NCBI GenBank assembly: GCA_016188295.1
Contig: JACPIA010000001.1
Span: 1 to 47,834 of the forward strand
DNA length: 47,834 nucleotides
From: Candidatus Vogelbacteria bacterium
Lineage (GTDB): Bacteria; Patescibacteriota; Minisyncoccia; Phycocordibacterales; XYD1-FULL-46-19
Reading direction: 5' to 3'
Shown: in pieces, positions 19,116-29,108 of the stretch
How the letters are laid out: every line of letters starts with the position of its first letter
How positions within the stretch are numbered: position 1 is the first letter of the stretch
Notes under the pieces: generated by a model
Databases searched by the model: none
What the model saw: only the letters and a program-made list of their open reading frames with translations
Told to the model about the DNA's origin: nothing
Position numbers and translations under genes: made by a program

Positions 19116-19496
19116 CTATACCCGGAAGTAGTGGGTAACCTTAGAGGAGGAAGCACTCAAAAATTCACGACAAAATTTTTCCGCTTCTTGCGGATTAAAA
19201 TATTTACAACTAAAAATATCAATAAAAGACCGATCTTGTTCCTCATCAAAATGCATAGTAACACTTGAGGTTTCAATAAATTGCATCGCGGAGTAGCCTT
19301 CCATGGCTCCTTCGGCGAAGCGCTCAATGAGTGGCTCACCGTGACGGACCATTTTAATATGGTCACAAAGCTCATAAATAAAACGCTTAATCTCCTCAGG
19401 GTTGGTAATCTTGGTTCGATCACAATGATAACAATCGACCGAGGCCACCATGCCCCAGCAATTTTGCGACTGATACGATTCTTCTAAAGCATCCAT
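19116..19496 (-). CDS. S-adenosylmethionine decarboxylase-like pyruvoyl proenzyme
   Basis: GYSAMQFIETSSVTMHF and IDIFSCKYF, SpeD family pattern. Confidence 0.8.
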   Translation of the reverse strand: MDALEESYQSQNCWGMVASVDCYHCDRTKITNPEEIKRFIYELCDHIKMVRHGEPLIERFAEGAMEGYSAMQFIETSSVTMHFDEEQDRSFIDIFSCKYFNPQEAEKFCREFLSASSSKVTHYFRV

Positions 19497-19558
19497 CTCA
19501 TTGAGTATTCCTATTTGAGCTATAGTATAGAGAATGTCGCCGGGATTACAAGGGTCTA

Positions 19559-20965
19559 GTGACCAAGCATGTGCATAACTTACGAGTAATTTTAAGCTGT
19601 CTGACTTTCGGTTTTATTTTGACGGTTTTACTGGCCGAATATTTTAAACCTGATTTGGCGCGGGTCGGTTTACTAATCTTGATCGGCATCGGTTTTGTAA
19701 TGTTGATTAGCTATCACTATGCAAAGACAAAACAGTGGTCAAGGGTTTACATTTTTATTTTAGTTTTAATCTTAGGTAGTTTGTTAGGTACCGGACGATT
19801 AGCCTTACTGGCCCAACCAGATCCTCATCTATTAACCCAAGTCGGCCAAAAAATTAGTTTAGCGGGCAAAGTTGTCGCTGAGCCGGAGAATAAGAGCTTT
19901 TACCAACAAGTGATTTTAAGATTAAATCATTCGCGTAATAAAGTTTTGGTCCAAGCACCGGCGTTTAGTGGTGTGCGTCCGGGTGATGAGTTGGTGGTAG
20001 CGGGGACACTGGCTTTACCCGAAGCGTTTTACACTGACACTGGTCGTCAATTTGATTACCCCACTTTTTTAGCTAAAGATAATATTTTTTTCACTCTACC
20101 TTACGCTCAAATCAGATCCGTAGTTACACCCAAGTTTTCCCTAGCGCGGATAGTCAGTAATGTTCGTCATTTGTTTACTGGCGCTCTTAGTCGCTCTTTG
20201 CCCGAGCCTGAGAATGCTCTAGCTGCCGGGATTGTGCTCGGTGTGCGCTCGGTGTTACCTAAAGAGGTCAGTGATGCTTTTCGCACAGTGAGCTTGTCTC
20301 ATATTATTGTGCTGTCCGGTTTTAATTTAGCCGTAGTGGCCGCATTTATTGCCTTTATTTTGAAACCTTTTCCCAGACGAGTAGTTTTGGGAGCTGGGGC
20401 TAGTGGGATTATTTTATTGGCGATGTTAGCTGGTGGTGGGGCGGCGGTAATCCGAGCGATGTTAATGGGCTTGTTGGCGTTGTGGGCGCAAAGTGCCGGT
20501 CGGACTTATCGCGCGTTACAGGCTTTGGGGATAGTCGCGGTGGTGATGATTATTTGGAGTCCGTTGGTGTTACTTCATGATTTAGGCTTTCAATTATCCG
20601 TTGTCGCTACCGCGGGAGTGATTATTGGTCCGGCACTATTAACTCCTAAATTAAAATTTATTACCGAGCGTCTGGCTCTCCGTGATTTAGTGAGTACTAC
20701 CATCTCGGCTCAAATCGCGGTGGCACCACTAATTGCTTACAGTATCGGCGCTATATCTTTAATTGCTTTACCGGCTAATTTATTAGTATTGCCTATTGTG
20801 CCATTAGCGATGGGACTGTCTTTTGTAGTTTCCTTATTTGGTCTAATTTCACCTGTTCTCGCTTTGCCGGTGGCGGCGCCGGCTTATTTATTGCTCCATT
20901 ATATTATTTTTACAGCTACGCATCTGGCCATTTTACCTAAAGCCTCCATCATTTTGCCTTTATGA
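19559..20965 (+). CDS. comEC: ComEC/Rec2 membrane (competence) domain protein
   Basis: FDYPTFL, SHIIVLSGFN, AVIRAMLM, DLGFQLSVVAT, LPANLL; many TM segments. Confidence 0.92.
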   Translation: MTKHVHNLRVILSCLTFGFILTVLLAEYFKPDLARVGLLILIGIGFVMLISYHYAKTKQWSRVYIFILVLILGSLLGTGRLALLAQPDPHLLTQVGQKISLAGKVVAEPENKSFYQQVILRLNHSRNKVLVQAPAFSGVRPGDELVVAGTLALPEAFYTDTGRQFDYPTFLAKDNIFFTLPYAQIRSVVTPKFSLARIVSNVRHLFTGALSRSLPEPENALAAGIVLGVRSVLPKEVSDAFRTVSLSHIIVLSGFNLAVVAAFIAFILKPFPRRVVLGAGASGIILLAMLAGGGAAVIRAMLMGLLALWAQSAGRTYRALQALGIVAVVMIIWSPLVLLHDLGFQLSVVATAGVIIGPALLTPKLKFITERLALRDLVSTTISAQIAVAPLIAYSIGAISLIALPANLLVLPIVPLAMGLSFVVSLFGLISPVLALPVAAPAYLLLHYIIFTATHLAILPKASIILPL

Positions 20966-21834
20966 TTATTTTTTGTCAGACTAAACGGCGTTGGCGGTAT
21001 CTCAGTTTTGTTTTGGGGTTGGTGATATTACTTTGGTGGGTAGTTTATTTATCTTTACCGTCAGGAGTATTAACGGTTTTCTTTTTAGATATCGGTCAAG
21101 GAGATGCTATTTTGATCGAGGCTCCTAATGGGAATCAGATGTTAATTGATGGTGGCCGTGGCGGTCAGATTCTAAGCCGTTTATCTCAAATAATGCCTTG
21201 GTTTGATCGCTCGCTTGATCTAGTAATAGCCACTCATCCTGATGCTGATCATATTGGCGGTTTGGCCGCAGTGTTTAATAGTTATCAAGTAAGTCAGACC
21301 ATAGATCCGGGCAAAGACAGTTCCACTCAGACGTATAACACTTACCAGCGTTTGATCGCTAGTAAAGATATTCCCAACATAGTTGCTTGTCGCGGTCTAA
21401 AAATAATTTTAGATTATGGGGTCGAATTTACAATCTTAAGTCCGATTAGGGAGGTGGCGGCGCTGGAGACCAATGAGGCTTCGATTGTGGGACGTTTACA
21501 ATATGGTCATAATACCTTACTTTTAACTGGTGATATGCCTAATAATATTGAGCAAGATCTCATTTACCGAGGTCTCACCTCGGATTTGCGGGCCGATATA
21601 TTAAAAGTCGGTCATCATGGATCTAAAAATTCATCTTCTCTACCTTTTCTTCAGGCGGTTAGACCGCATTATGCTGTTATCTCCGTGGGAGCGACTAATT
21701 CTTATGGTCATCCTAGCCCGATAGTTTTAGAGCGATTAAAGGGACTCAATATCCCCACCTTAAGGACCGATCAGCTCGGTACGGTTGTATTTACCAGTGA
21801 TGGTGTAACATTTAGACTACACCAAGCGTTGTAA
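20962..21834 (+). CDS. ComEC-type metallo-beta-lactamase-fold nuclease (stand-alone)
   Basis: DIGQGDA, THPDADHIGG, LLTGD, LKVGHHGS, NSYGHP, RTDQLG; ATGA overlap with comEC. Confidence 0.92.
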   Translation: MIIFCQTKRRWRYLSFVLGLVILLWWVVYLSLPSGVLTVFFLDIGQGDAILIEAPNGNQMLIDGGRGGQILSRLSQIMPWFDRSLDLVIATHPDADHIGGLAAVFNSYQVSQTIDPGKDSSTQTYNTYQRLIASKDIPNIVACRGLKIILDYGVEFTILSPIREVAALETNEASIVGRLQYGHNTLLLTGDMPNNIEQDLIYRGLTSDLRADILKVGHHGSKNSSSLPFLQAVRPHYAVISVGATNSYGHPSPIVLERLKGLNIPTLRTDQLGTVVFTSDGVTFRLHQAL

Positions 21835-21939
21835 TAAGTAAGAAGGTCGATATAATTATCAGAACCAAGGCAATGGGGCGAGGGTGCGATAGGGCTTTGG
21901 CTCGGCACCCTTTTCGCCTCACCAGTCCACTGTAAGTTT

Positions 21940-22491
21940 ATGTCTGACGAACAAATTTTACTTAAATCAATCAAGTGTCCTAAGGCCTTTGGTCTGCTAG
22001 TTGATCGGTATCAGGGGCCATTAATGGCCAGAGCGACCCGTTTACTCGGCTCACGGGAGGCCGCCGAGGACGCTGTCCAAGAGACTTTTATTAAAATTTA
22101 CACTAAGGCTCATCAATTTGTTAAAAATGAGGGTAAAGATGATTCGTTTAGAGCGTGGGCTTATACTATTTTAGTGCGACACTGCTTCTCCATGTTGCGT
22201 GAGGAGGAACGTGAACGGGTTCAGTTTGCTCCACTAGAGCCGGGCTTGGAGGGCGTTATTGCCGATCCCAAGGCCGATGTTTGGGAGCGGGTCAGTTTGC
22301 AAGACGAGGTGAGCTCGGTGCTCTCCCGTTTGCCGGCCACTTTCCGTCGTGTCCTTGAAGCCTACTTTTTTAATGGGGCTAGTGAGCAGGAGATTGCTGC
22401 GGAGGAGGGAGTCTCGATAGGAGCGATTAGAGTGCGCATGCATCGGGCTAAAAAAGAGTTTAAAAAGATCAAGTTACTACTTACACCTTAA
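21940..22491 (+). CDS. ECF RNA polymerase sigma factor
   Basis: AEDAVQETFIK, SFRAWAYTI (region 2) and EIAAEEGVSIGAIRVRMHRAK (region 4). Confidence 0.93.
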   Translation: MSDEQILLKSIKCPKAFGLLVDRYQGPLMARATRLLGSREAAEDAVQETFIKIYTKAHQFVKNEGKDDSFRAWAYTILVRHCFSMLREEERERVQFAPLEPGLEGVIADPKADVWERVSLQDEVSSVLSRLPATFRRVLEAYFFNGASEQEIAAEEGVSIGAIRVRMHRAKKEFKKIKLLLTP

Positions 22492-22504
22492 ACTTTTAAT
22501 ATTC

Positions 22505-22861
22505 ATGTATCAAACAACACCAGAACAATTACGTTCTATTATCATGACCCGGGTCTGGACGGTGTATTTTTTGCGTCGGATTACCGATCCGGTAGTGGTG
22601 CGCGTCAGTTTATTGGTTTTGGCTTGTGGTCTAGTACTGTTTAAAGTCTCGCTTATTAACGTGATGGCCAATATGCCCCGCTTAAACGATCCCGAAGCAG
22701 TTACCGCGTTTTATTGGGAAGCTTTTAATCATACCGAGTGGTTGATTAAAAGCTTAGTCTTGGCTTTAATCGGACTTGGTCTATGGTTAATTAAAGACAG
22801 CCGTGCGCTAGTTTTGCCAATGGCTAGTCGTTTTAATCCTTATCACTTGATTCGAGGATAA
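22505..22861 (+). CDS. Small 2-TM protein, candidate anti-sigma factor
   Basis: Starts 13 nt after the ECF sigma stop and has two hydrophobic segments; function inferred from position. Confidence 0.6.
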   Translation: MYQTTPEQLRSIIMTRVWTVYFLRRITDPVVVRVSLLVLACGLVLFKVSLINVMANMPRLNDPEAVTAFYWEAFNHTEWLIKSLVLALIGLGLWLIKDSRALVLPMASRFNPYHLIRG

Positions 22862-22874
22862 TGTTTTTCGGTAA

Positions 22875-22908
22875 AAAATAAAACTCCGATCAATCGGGGT
22901 TTTATTTT
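22875..22908. terminator. Bidirectional terminator
   Basis: aaaataaaactccga-tcaa-tcggggttttatttt between convergent genes. Confidence 0.7.
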
Positions 22909-23111
22909 GTCTTGGTTACCACAGTGAGATGTCTGCCTTTTTTGAGGCAGTTGGTGCAGATTTTGAGGCGGCCACCGGTTGGTAAAGAAGCCCATTGGAG
23001 ATTAGGTTGTTTACGGGTAACGCCGGTCGGGTTATATTTGGTGGCTCGGACGCGGTTGGAGTAACCACCGACGAGCCGACTACCCTTATCGCAAATAGCA
23101 CATAATTTCAT
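22902..23111 (-). CDS. rpmB: 50S ribosomal protein L28
   Basis: CAICDKG...RKQPNLQ...LKICTNCLK; start placed at MKLCA. Confidence 0.88.
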   Translation of the reverse strand: MKLCAICDKGSRLVGGYSNRVRATKYNPTGVTRKQPNLQWASLPTGGRLKICTNCLKKGRHLTVVTKTK

Positions 23112-23157
23112 ATAAGTACTGTCGCATGGTATCATATTTTAACCAGTTAGCAAGTAT

Positions 23158-23769
23158 ATGGCTCTAGATACTATTTTTCAAATAATCATTCTGATCTTTT
23201 CGGTGGTGATCCACGAGGTGGCTCATGGCGCGGTGGCTAATAGCTTGGGCGATCCAACAGCTCGTCTAGCTGGACGCTTAACCCTCAATCCGCTTAAACA
23301 TTTAGATCCGATTGGCTCGGTGTTGGTGCCAGCGGCCCTGGCTTTGGCTGGCGGCCCCGTCTTTGGTTGGGCTAGACCCGTCCCGTTTAATCCCTATAAT
23401 CTTAAAACTGGCCATCGGGGCCCGGCTTGGGTGGCTTTAGCTGGTCCAGCTTCCAACTTAATTATTGCCGTCTTTTTTGGTTTACTAATTCGTTTTGGAG
23501 GCACTCTGTTCAATCAAGCCGGGCTCCAATTAGCGGCGGCCATTGTACTTATTAATGTCGTTTTAGCTGTCTTTAATCTTATCCCGGTACCGCCCCTGGA
23601 TGGCTCTAAGATTTTATTTGCCTTTTTACCCCGTAAATATGAGTGGCTGGAGCAGTTACTCGAGCGCTATCAATTGATGATGATTTTGCTTGTCATTTTA
23701 GTATTGTGGAGCTTGTCTACGCCCTTAGTTTTTCTCTTATTCTATCTCCTGACTGGGCTTAGTTTTTAA
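23158..23769 (+). CDS. Site-2 protease (M50)
   Basis: [34 protein letters not shown]. Confidence 0.95.
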   Translation: MALDTIFQIIILIFSVVIHEVAHGAVANSLGDPTARLAGRLTLNPLKHLDPIGSVLVPAALALAGGPVFGWARPVPFNPYNLKTGHRGPAWVALAGPASNLIIAVFFGLLIRFGGTLFNQAGLQLAAAIVLINVVLAVFNLIPVPPLDGSKILFAFLPRKYEWLEQLLERYQLMMILLVILVLWSLSTPLVFLLFYLLTGLSF

Positions 23770-23773
23770 GAGT

Positions 23774-23802
23774 TTGCATTTTGCTTTGTGCTATAGTACA
23801 GT
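23774..23802 (+). promoter_or_regulatory. Putative str operon promoter
   Basis: TTGCAT-N17-TACAGT with an overlapping TGcTATAGT. Confidence 0.5.
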
Positions 23803-23818
23803 GTGAGACGTTTAGGAT

Positions 23819-24241
23819 ATGCCGACAATCAATCAATTAATTCGTAAAAACCGCCGTCAGGTAGTCAGACGCTCTAAAGTGGTGGCTTTGGCGCGTAGTT
23901 TTAATACCCTCAAAAATCGACCGGTGTATCACCCCTCACCCTTTAAGCGCGGTGTCTGTTTAATTGTTAAAACGACGACACCTAAAAAGCCTAACTCGGC
24001 TCTCCGCAAAATTGCTCGGGTTCGTCTCACTAATGGGATGGAAGTAACTGCCTATATCCCAGGTATTGGTCACAACTTGCAGGAGCACTCGGTGGTGGTG
24101 ATCCGTGGTGGTCGGGTCAAAGATTTGCCGGGTGTGCGTTATCACATTGTCCGCGGTGTGCTTGATGCCTCCGGTGTAGAGACTCGTCGCAAGGGTCGCA
24201 GTTTGTATGGTAATAAAAAGCCTAAAGTGGCTAAAAAGTAA
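23819..24241 (+). CDS. rpsL: 30S ribosomal protein S12
   Basis: [31 protein letters not shown]. Confidence 0.99.
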   Translation: MPTINQLIRKNRRQVVRRSKVVALARSFNTLKNRPVYHPSPFKRGVCLIVKTTTPKKPNSALRKIARVRLTNGMEVTAYIPGIGHNLQEHSVVVIRGGRVKDLPGVRYHIVRGVLDASGVETRRKGRSLYGNKKPKVAKK

Positions 24242-24243
24242 TT

Positions 24244-24732
24244 ATGCGCCGTCCCGTCAAAAAACGTCCGCCAGTTTCACCTGATTTAGTTTATCAATCA
24301 GTCGTGGTCCAAAAGTTTATCAATCGCGTCATGGAGCGTGGTAAAAAAAATACCGCTCGAGCGATTGTCTATGGGGCGCTAGATAAAATAAAAGTCTCAG
24401 GGCTTGAGCCGCTAGAGACGTTTGAAACGGCACTCCGTAATGTGGGTCCCACTGTCGAGGTGCGCTCGCGTCGCGTTGGAGGTGCTAACTATCAAGTACC
24501 TCACGAGGTCCGACCGGAGCGTCGCTTAGCCCTCTCGCTCCGTTGGTTGTTGGAGGCGGCTAAATCTAAAACTGGTCGGCCAATGGTAGATCGTTTAACC
24601 GACGAGTTACTCGCCGCCGCTAAAAATGAGGGGGAGGCTATTCGCAAACGGGAGAATGTCCATAAAATGGCCGAGGCTAACCGGGCCTTCGCGCACTTTG
24701 CTTGGTCTGGCCGTAACACTAGTAAAAAATAA
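24244..24732 (+). CDS. rpsG: 30S ribosomal protein S7
   Basis: RRVGGANYQVP, HKMAEANRAFAH. Confidence 0.99.
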   Translation: MRRPVKKRPPVSPDLVYQSVVVQKFINRVMERGKKNTARAIVYGALDKIKVSGLEPLETFETALRNVGPTVEVRSRRVGGANYQVPHEVRPERRLALSLRWLLEAAKSKTGRPMVDRLTDELLAAAKNEGEAIRKRENVHKMAEANRAFAHFAWSGRNTSKK

Positions 24733-24767
24733 TCTAACCTCTAACCTCTAATTTCTAACTTCTAAAC
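24733..24767 (+). repeat. Degenerate 7-mer tandem repeat x5
   Basis: tctaacc tctaacc tctaatt tctaact tctaaac fills the rpsG-fusA spacer. Confidence 0.85.
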
Positions 24768-24771
24768 TATA

Positions 24772-26913
24772 ATGTCTCGCGACTATCCGTTAGCTAAAGT
24801 TCGCAATATCGGTATTATTGCCCATATCGATGCTGGTAAAACTACCACTACTGAGCGTATTTTATATTACACCGGTGTCTCACATAAAATCGGTGAGGTC
24901 CACGAAGGTGAGGCTACTATGGACTGGATGGAGCAAGAGCAAGAACGCGGTATTACCATTACTAGTGCCGCTACTACCGCTTTTTGGGTACCTACTTACA
25001 CTACTGGTGATGAGTCTAAAAAACATCGGTTTAATATTATTGATACGCCGGGGCACGTGGACTTTACCGCTGAGGTGGAGCGCTCGCTTAAGGTGCTGGA
25101 TGGTGGGGTTGTGGTGTTTGATGGTGTGGCTGGAGTGGAGCCACAATCGGAGACGGTATGGCGCCAAGCCGACAAGTACAAAGTGCCGCGCATTTGCTTT
25201 GTTAACAAAATGGATCGAATGGGGGCCTCGTTCGATCATTGTTTTAAAACGATTTTAGAACGTTTAACTAAAAAAGCAGTCCGGGTCCAATTACCGTGGG
25301 GCGAGGACAGCGCCCACGAGGGCGTAATCGATTTATTACGAATGAAGGCCTATCACTTTGAGGGTGATATGGGTAATAAAATTATTGAGCTGGAAGTGCC
25401 GGCCGAATCTTTAGCTCGGGCTAAAGAGTTACGCGCCGAGTTGGTGGAAAAAATTGTCGAGCGTGATGAGGCGGCGATGAATGCTTATTTGGAAGGTAAA
25501 GAGCCTGGTATTGATGAGCTTAAAGTCATTTTGCGGAAAGCGGTGCTGGCCAATGAGTTGGTGCCGGTATTTTGTGGCACGGCGCTCCGTAACAAGGGGG
25601 TGCAATTAGTGTTGGACGGAGTGGTAGATTATTTACCGGCGCCCACCGATGTGCCACCAATTAAAGGTCATGATCCAGTTACTGATGAGGAGGTCGAACG
25701 GTCATCGTCTGACGAGATTCCTTTTGCCGCTCTCGCTTTTAAATTACAAACGGACCCATTTATTGGTCAACTCACTTACATCCGCGTATATTCTGGGACT
25801 TTGGAAGCTGGTTCTTATGTCTACAATGCCACTCGCGGCGAGAAGGAACGAGTTGGTCGTGTCGTACGCATGCACGCTAATCATCGTGAGGAGGTCAAAA
25901 AAGTTTATGCCGGTGAAATTGCCGCCATTGTGGGTTTAAAAAATACTCGTACCTCTGATACGTTGTGTGACGAGAATCATCCGATTATTTTAGAAAAAAT
26001 TGACTTCCCTGAGCCGGTCGTTTCCTTGCGGATTGAGCCTAAAACTAAAGCTGATCAAGAGAAAATGGGTATGGCCCTCAAAAAACTCTCCGACGAAGAT
26101 CCTACTTTCCGCGTCAAATCGGATCAAGAGACGATGGAGACGATTATTGCTGGTATGGGTGAACTCCACTTGGATATTATTGTTGATCGAATGAGGCGCG
26201 AGTTTGGCGTGGAGGCTAATGTGGGTAAACCACAAGTGGCTTATAAGGAAACGATCACTGCCGCCGCCGAAGCCGAAGGTAAATATATTAAACAATCTGG
26301 CGGTAAGGGTCAGTACGGTCATGTTCGAATCCGCATTAAACCGCTTGAGCCAGTGGTGGAGGGCGCTAAAATGGCTAAAAATGTGAGCCGCGAGGATCAC
26401 TTTGAGTTTATTAACTCGGTTAAAGGTGGTGCCATCCCGCAAGAATTTATTGCGCCAGTCGAAAAGGGAATCCGAGAGACGCTTGATCGTGGTATCTTAG
26501 CCGATTTTGAGATGGTTGATGTGTCTTGTGAGCTTTATGATGGCTCGTATCACGATGTCGACTCTTCAGAATTGGCTTTTAAACTAGCTGGATCAATGGC
26601 TTTCCAAGACGCCGCCAAGCGAGCTAAACCAGTATTATTGGAACCAATTATGAAAGTAGAGGTGGTGGTGCCGGAGAAATTTATGGGCGATATTACTGGT
26701 CAGTTAAGTTCCAAGCGTGGTCAGATTGAGGCGATGGAAGACCGTTTTAACTTAAAAGTGGTGCGCGCTAAGGTGCCACTCTCGGAAATGTTTGGTTATG
26801 TCACCACACTCCGCTCAATGACCGAAGGCCGTGGTACTTTTACGATGGAATTTTCCGAGTACGCTATTATCCCAGTTAACGTCGCTCAAACCATTATCGA
26901 AGCGCGCAAGTAA
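24772..26913 (+). CDS. fusA: Elongation factor G
   Basis: [39 protein letters not shown]. Confidence 0.99.
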   Translation: MSRDYPLAKVRNIGIIAHIDAGKTTTTERILYYTGVSHKIGEVHEGEATMDWMEQEQERGITITSAATTAFWVPTYTTGDESKKHRFNIIDTPGHVDFTAEVERSLKVLDGGVVVFDGVAGVEPQSETVWRQADKYKVPRICFVNKMDRMGASFDHCFKTILERLTKKAVRVQLPWGEDSAHEGVIDLLRMKAYHFEGDMGNKIIELEVPAESLARAKELRAELVEKIVERDEAAMNAYLEGKEPGIDELKVILRKAVLANELVPVFCGTALRNKGVQLVLDGVVDYLPAPTDVPPIKGHDPVTDEEVERSSSDEIPFAALAFKLQTDPFIGQLTYIRVYSGTLEAGSYVYNATRGEKERVGRVVRMHANHREEVKKVYAGEIAAIVGLKNTRTSDTLCDENHPIILEKIDFPEPVVSLRIEPKTKADQEKMGMALKKLSDEDPTFRVKSDQETMETIIAGMGELHLDIIVDRMRREFGVEANVGKPQVAYKETITAAAEAEGKYIKQSGGKGQYGHVRIRIKPLEPVVEGAKMAKNVSREDHFEFINSVKGGAIPQEFIAPVEKGIRETLDRGILADFEMVDVSCELYDGSYHDVDSSELAFKLAGSMAFQDAAKRAKPVLLEPIMKVEVVVPEKFMGDITGQLSSKRGQIEAMEDRFNLKVVRAKVPLSEMFGYVTTLRSMTEGRGTFTMEFSEYAIIPVNVAQTIIEARK

Positions 26914-26914
26914 T

Positions 26915-26983
26915 CATTATCAAGGCCTTGCCTTGACATGAAGTAATACCCTTATTTTTCAACAACGAGGCTAAGCCTCGTTG
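26915..26983. repeat. Pair of REP-like palindromes after fusA
   Basis: tcaaggc-ctt-gccttga (26920-26936) and caacgaggc-taa-gcctcgttg (26963-26983). Confidence 0.7.
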
Positions 26984-27033
26984 GATTGATGAGATTGTTT
27001 TTTTGATGATTATGAGGTAAGATAGGTTTAATT

Positions 27034-27318
27034 ATGATTCGAAATTTGGTGATTGGAGCGATTATTCTGATAATGATTAGTCTGTTGATTTGGTGGTTTA
27101 CGCCGATCAGTATGGCACCAGTTCCAGTATCAACAACAGAGGGCACAGAGAATAAACTAGTACTGCCGACGCCGTCAGAAAGACCAGAAAGGGATAATAC
27201 GACTAATAATGTGGGGGGAGGTATTGCCTGTACAATGGAGGCTAAATTGTGTCCCGATGGCACTTATGTCAGTCGTATCGCCCCAAATTGTGAATTTGCC
27301 ATTTGTCCAGCTCCTTGA
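27034..27318 (+). CDS. Small membrane-anchored protein with CPR-type Cys-rich domain
   Basis: N-terminal TM, then ACTMEAKLCPDGTYVSRIAPNCEFAICP (4 Cys). Confidence 0.85.
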   Translation: MIRNLVIGAIILIMISLLIWWFTPISMAPVPVSTTEGTENKLVLPTPSERPERDNTTNNVGGGIACTMEAKLCPDGTYVSRIAPNCEFAICPAP

Positions 27319-27330
27319 TCAATGATTATC

Positions 27331-27359
27331 CCGAGGCTCCCCGAGGTTAAGCCTTGAGG
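27331..27359. repeat. Degenerate REP-like palindrome with a duplicated half-site
   Basis: ccgaggctcc-ccgaggt-taa-gccttgagg. Confidence 0.55.
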
Positions 27360-27395
27360 TGATTTACCACAGAGACGGTCCTATGTGGTAAATAC

Positions 27396-27453
27396 TTGAC
27401 GAGAGTGTAGTTGTTGCGATATGATAGATCCACGCTTAATCTGCGTGCTTTTT
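27396..27453 (+). promoter_or_regulatory. tuf promoter and leader hairpin
   Basis: TTGACG-N18-TATGAT, then cacgc-ttaatct-gcgtg-cttttt. Confidence 0.6.
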
Positions 27454-27488
27454 GTTTATAAACATTAATAATTAGTAAAAATATACAT

Positions 27489-28691
27489 ATGGCTGAAGCA
27501 TTTGATCGTTCCAAGCCGCACGTCAACATCGGGACCATTGGTCACGTGGACCACGGCAAAACAACTTTGACGGCATCGATTTTGCACGTTTTGGATCTTA
27601 ATAAAGACAAGGGTTATGGGGCCCGGGTTGAGGCTGTTGATGGTATCGACAATGCCCCAGAGGAGAAAGCACGCGGTATTACTATCGCTCTCCACCACTC
27701 CGAGTATTGGACACCTAAGCGTCACTACGCCCACATTGATGCTCCAGGTCACGCCGACTATATTAAAAACATGATCACCGGTGCCGCTCAAATGGACGGT
27801 GCGATCTTGGTGGTCGCCGCCACGGACGGCTTGATGCCTCAAACTAGAGAACACGTTTTACTCGCTCGCCAAGTGGGTGTGCCAAAGCTTATTGTCTTCC
27901 TCAATAAAGTGGACATGGTGGATGATGCCGAATTGATTGACTTGGTGGAGGAGGAAGTGCGTGAGTTGTTAGAGAAAAATGGTTTTGATGGTAAAAACAC
28001 ACCAATTATTCGCGGTTCTGGCCTTAAGGCTTTAAGTGCCACCAGTGCCGACGATGAGTGGGCCCAAAAAGTATTTCAATTAATTAACACGGTGGATGAG
28101 TTTTTACCGGACCCGGTGCGTGAGGTAGACAAGCCATTCCTAATGCCTGTTGAGGATATTTTTACCATTGAAGGCCGTGGCACGGTGGTGACTGGTCGGA
28201 TTGAGCGCGGCAAAGTAAAAGTGGGTGAGGAAATTGAAATCATTGGTCTCAAGGCTGCCGCTAAAACCACGGTCACCGGTATTGAGATGTTTAATAAGCA
28301 ACTCGAGGAGGGTATTGCGGGCGACAATGCCGGTATCTTACTCCGGGGTCTTAAAAAAGAGGATGTTACTCGCGGTCAAGTGTTAGCTAAGACGAGTTCT
28401 GTAACTCCCCACGCTGATTTTGAGGCTGAGGTTTATATTCTCTCTAAAGAGGAGGGTGGTCGTCATACTCCCTTCTTTACTGGTTACAAACCTCAATTTT
28501 ACGTCCGGACTACTGACGTCACTGGTGAAGTTACCTTGGATGAAAATGTCAAAATGGTAATGCCGGGCGATACGGTTACCTTTAAGGTTAAATTGGTTGC
28601 CCCGGTAGCTTTGGAGGAGAAGCAACGCTTTGCCATCCGTGAGGGTGGTAAGACAGTAGGCGCCGGTGTGGTTACTAAAATTATTGCTTAA
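27489..28691 (+). CDS. tuf: Elongation factor Tu
   Basis: [39 protein letters not shown]. Confidence 0.99.
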   Translation: MAEAFDRSKPHVNIGTIGHVDHGKTTLTASILHVLDLNKDKGYGARVEAVDGIDNAPEEKARGITIALHHSEYWTPKRHYAHIDAPGHADYIKNMITGAAQMDGAILVVAATDGLMPQTREHVLLARQVGVPKLIVFLNKVDMVDDAELIDLVEEEVRELLEKNGFDGKNTPIIRGSGLKALSATSADDEWAQKVFQLINTVDEFLPDPVREVDKPFLMPVEDIFTIEGRGTVVTGRIERGKVKVGEEIEIIGLKAAAKTTVTGIEMFNKQLEEGIAGDNAGILLRGLKKEDVTRGQVLAKTSSVTPHADFEAEVYILSKEEGGRHTPFFTGYKPQFYVRTTDVTGEVTLDENVKMVMPGDTVTFKVKLVAPVALEEKQRFAIREGGKTVGAGVVTKIIA

Positions 28692-28716
28692 CTAAATTAT
28701 CGCCATCTTAATCTCT

Positions 28717-29085
28717 ATGGCCACTGCTACTGCCAAAACTAAAAAGGCCAAAGTGCTGGCTCCGAGTAAAGACAAGGAGGTGGCTAAGTTACGTATTCGG
28801 GTCTCGGCTTATGAGAATAAGATTTTAGATGCCAGTGTTAAACAAATTGTGGACACGGCTAATCGTTATGATGCTGTTATTGAAGGCCCAATTCCATTAC
28901 CAACCGAAATCAAAAAGTACACGGTTAATCGGGGGGCGTTTATCGATAAAAACTCGCGCGAGCAATTTGAGATGCGAGTGCATAAGCGCTTGATTGATAT
29001 CTTAAATCCATCGTCAAAAATTATTGAGAGTTTAACCAACTTAAGTCTGCCATCTGGCGTTAATATTGATGTGAAGATGCTCTAA
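28717..29085 (+). CDS. rpsJ: 30S ribosomal protein S10
   Basis: GPIPLPT, SREQFEMRVHKRLIDI; basic N-terminal extension. Confidence 0.97.
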   Translation: MATATAKTKKAKVLAPSKDKEVAKLRIRVSAYENKILDASVKQIVDTANRYDAVIEGPIPLPTEIKKYTVNRGAFIDKNSREQFEMRVHKRLIDILNPSSKIIESLTNLSLPSGVNIDVKML

Positions 29086-29108
29086 TTGGGTCAATTTACT
29101 GCACGTTT

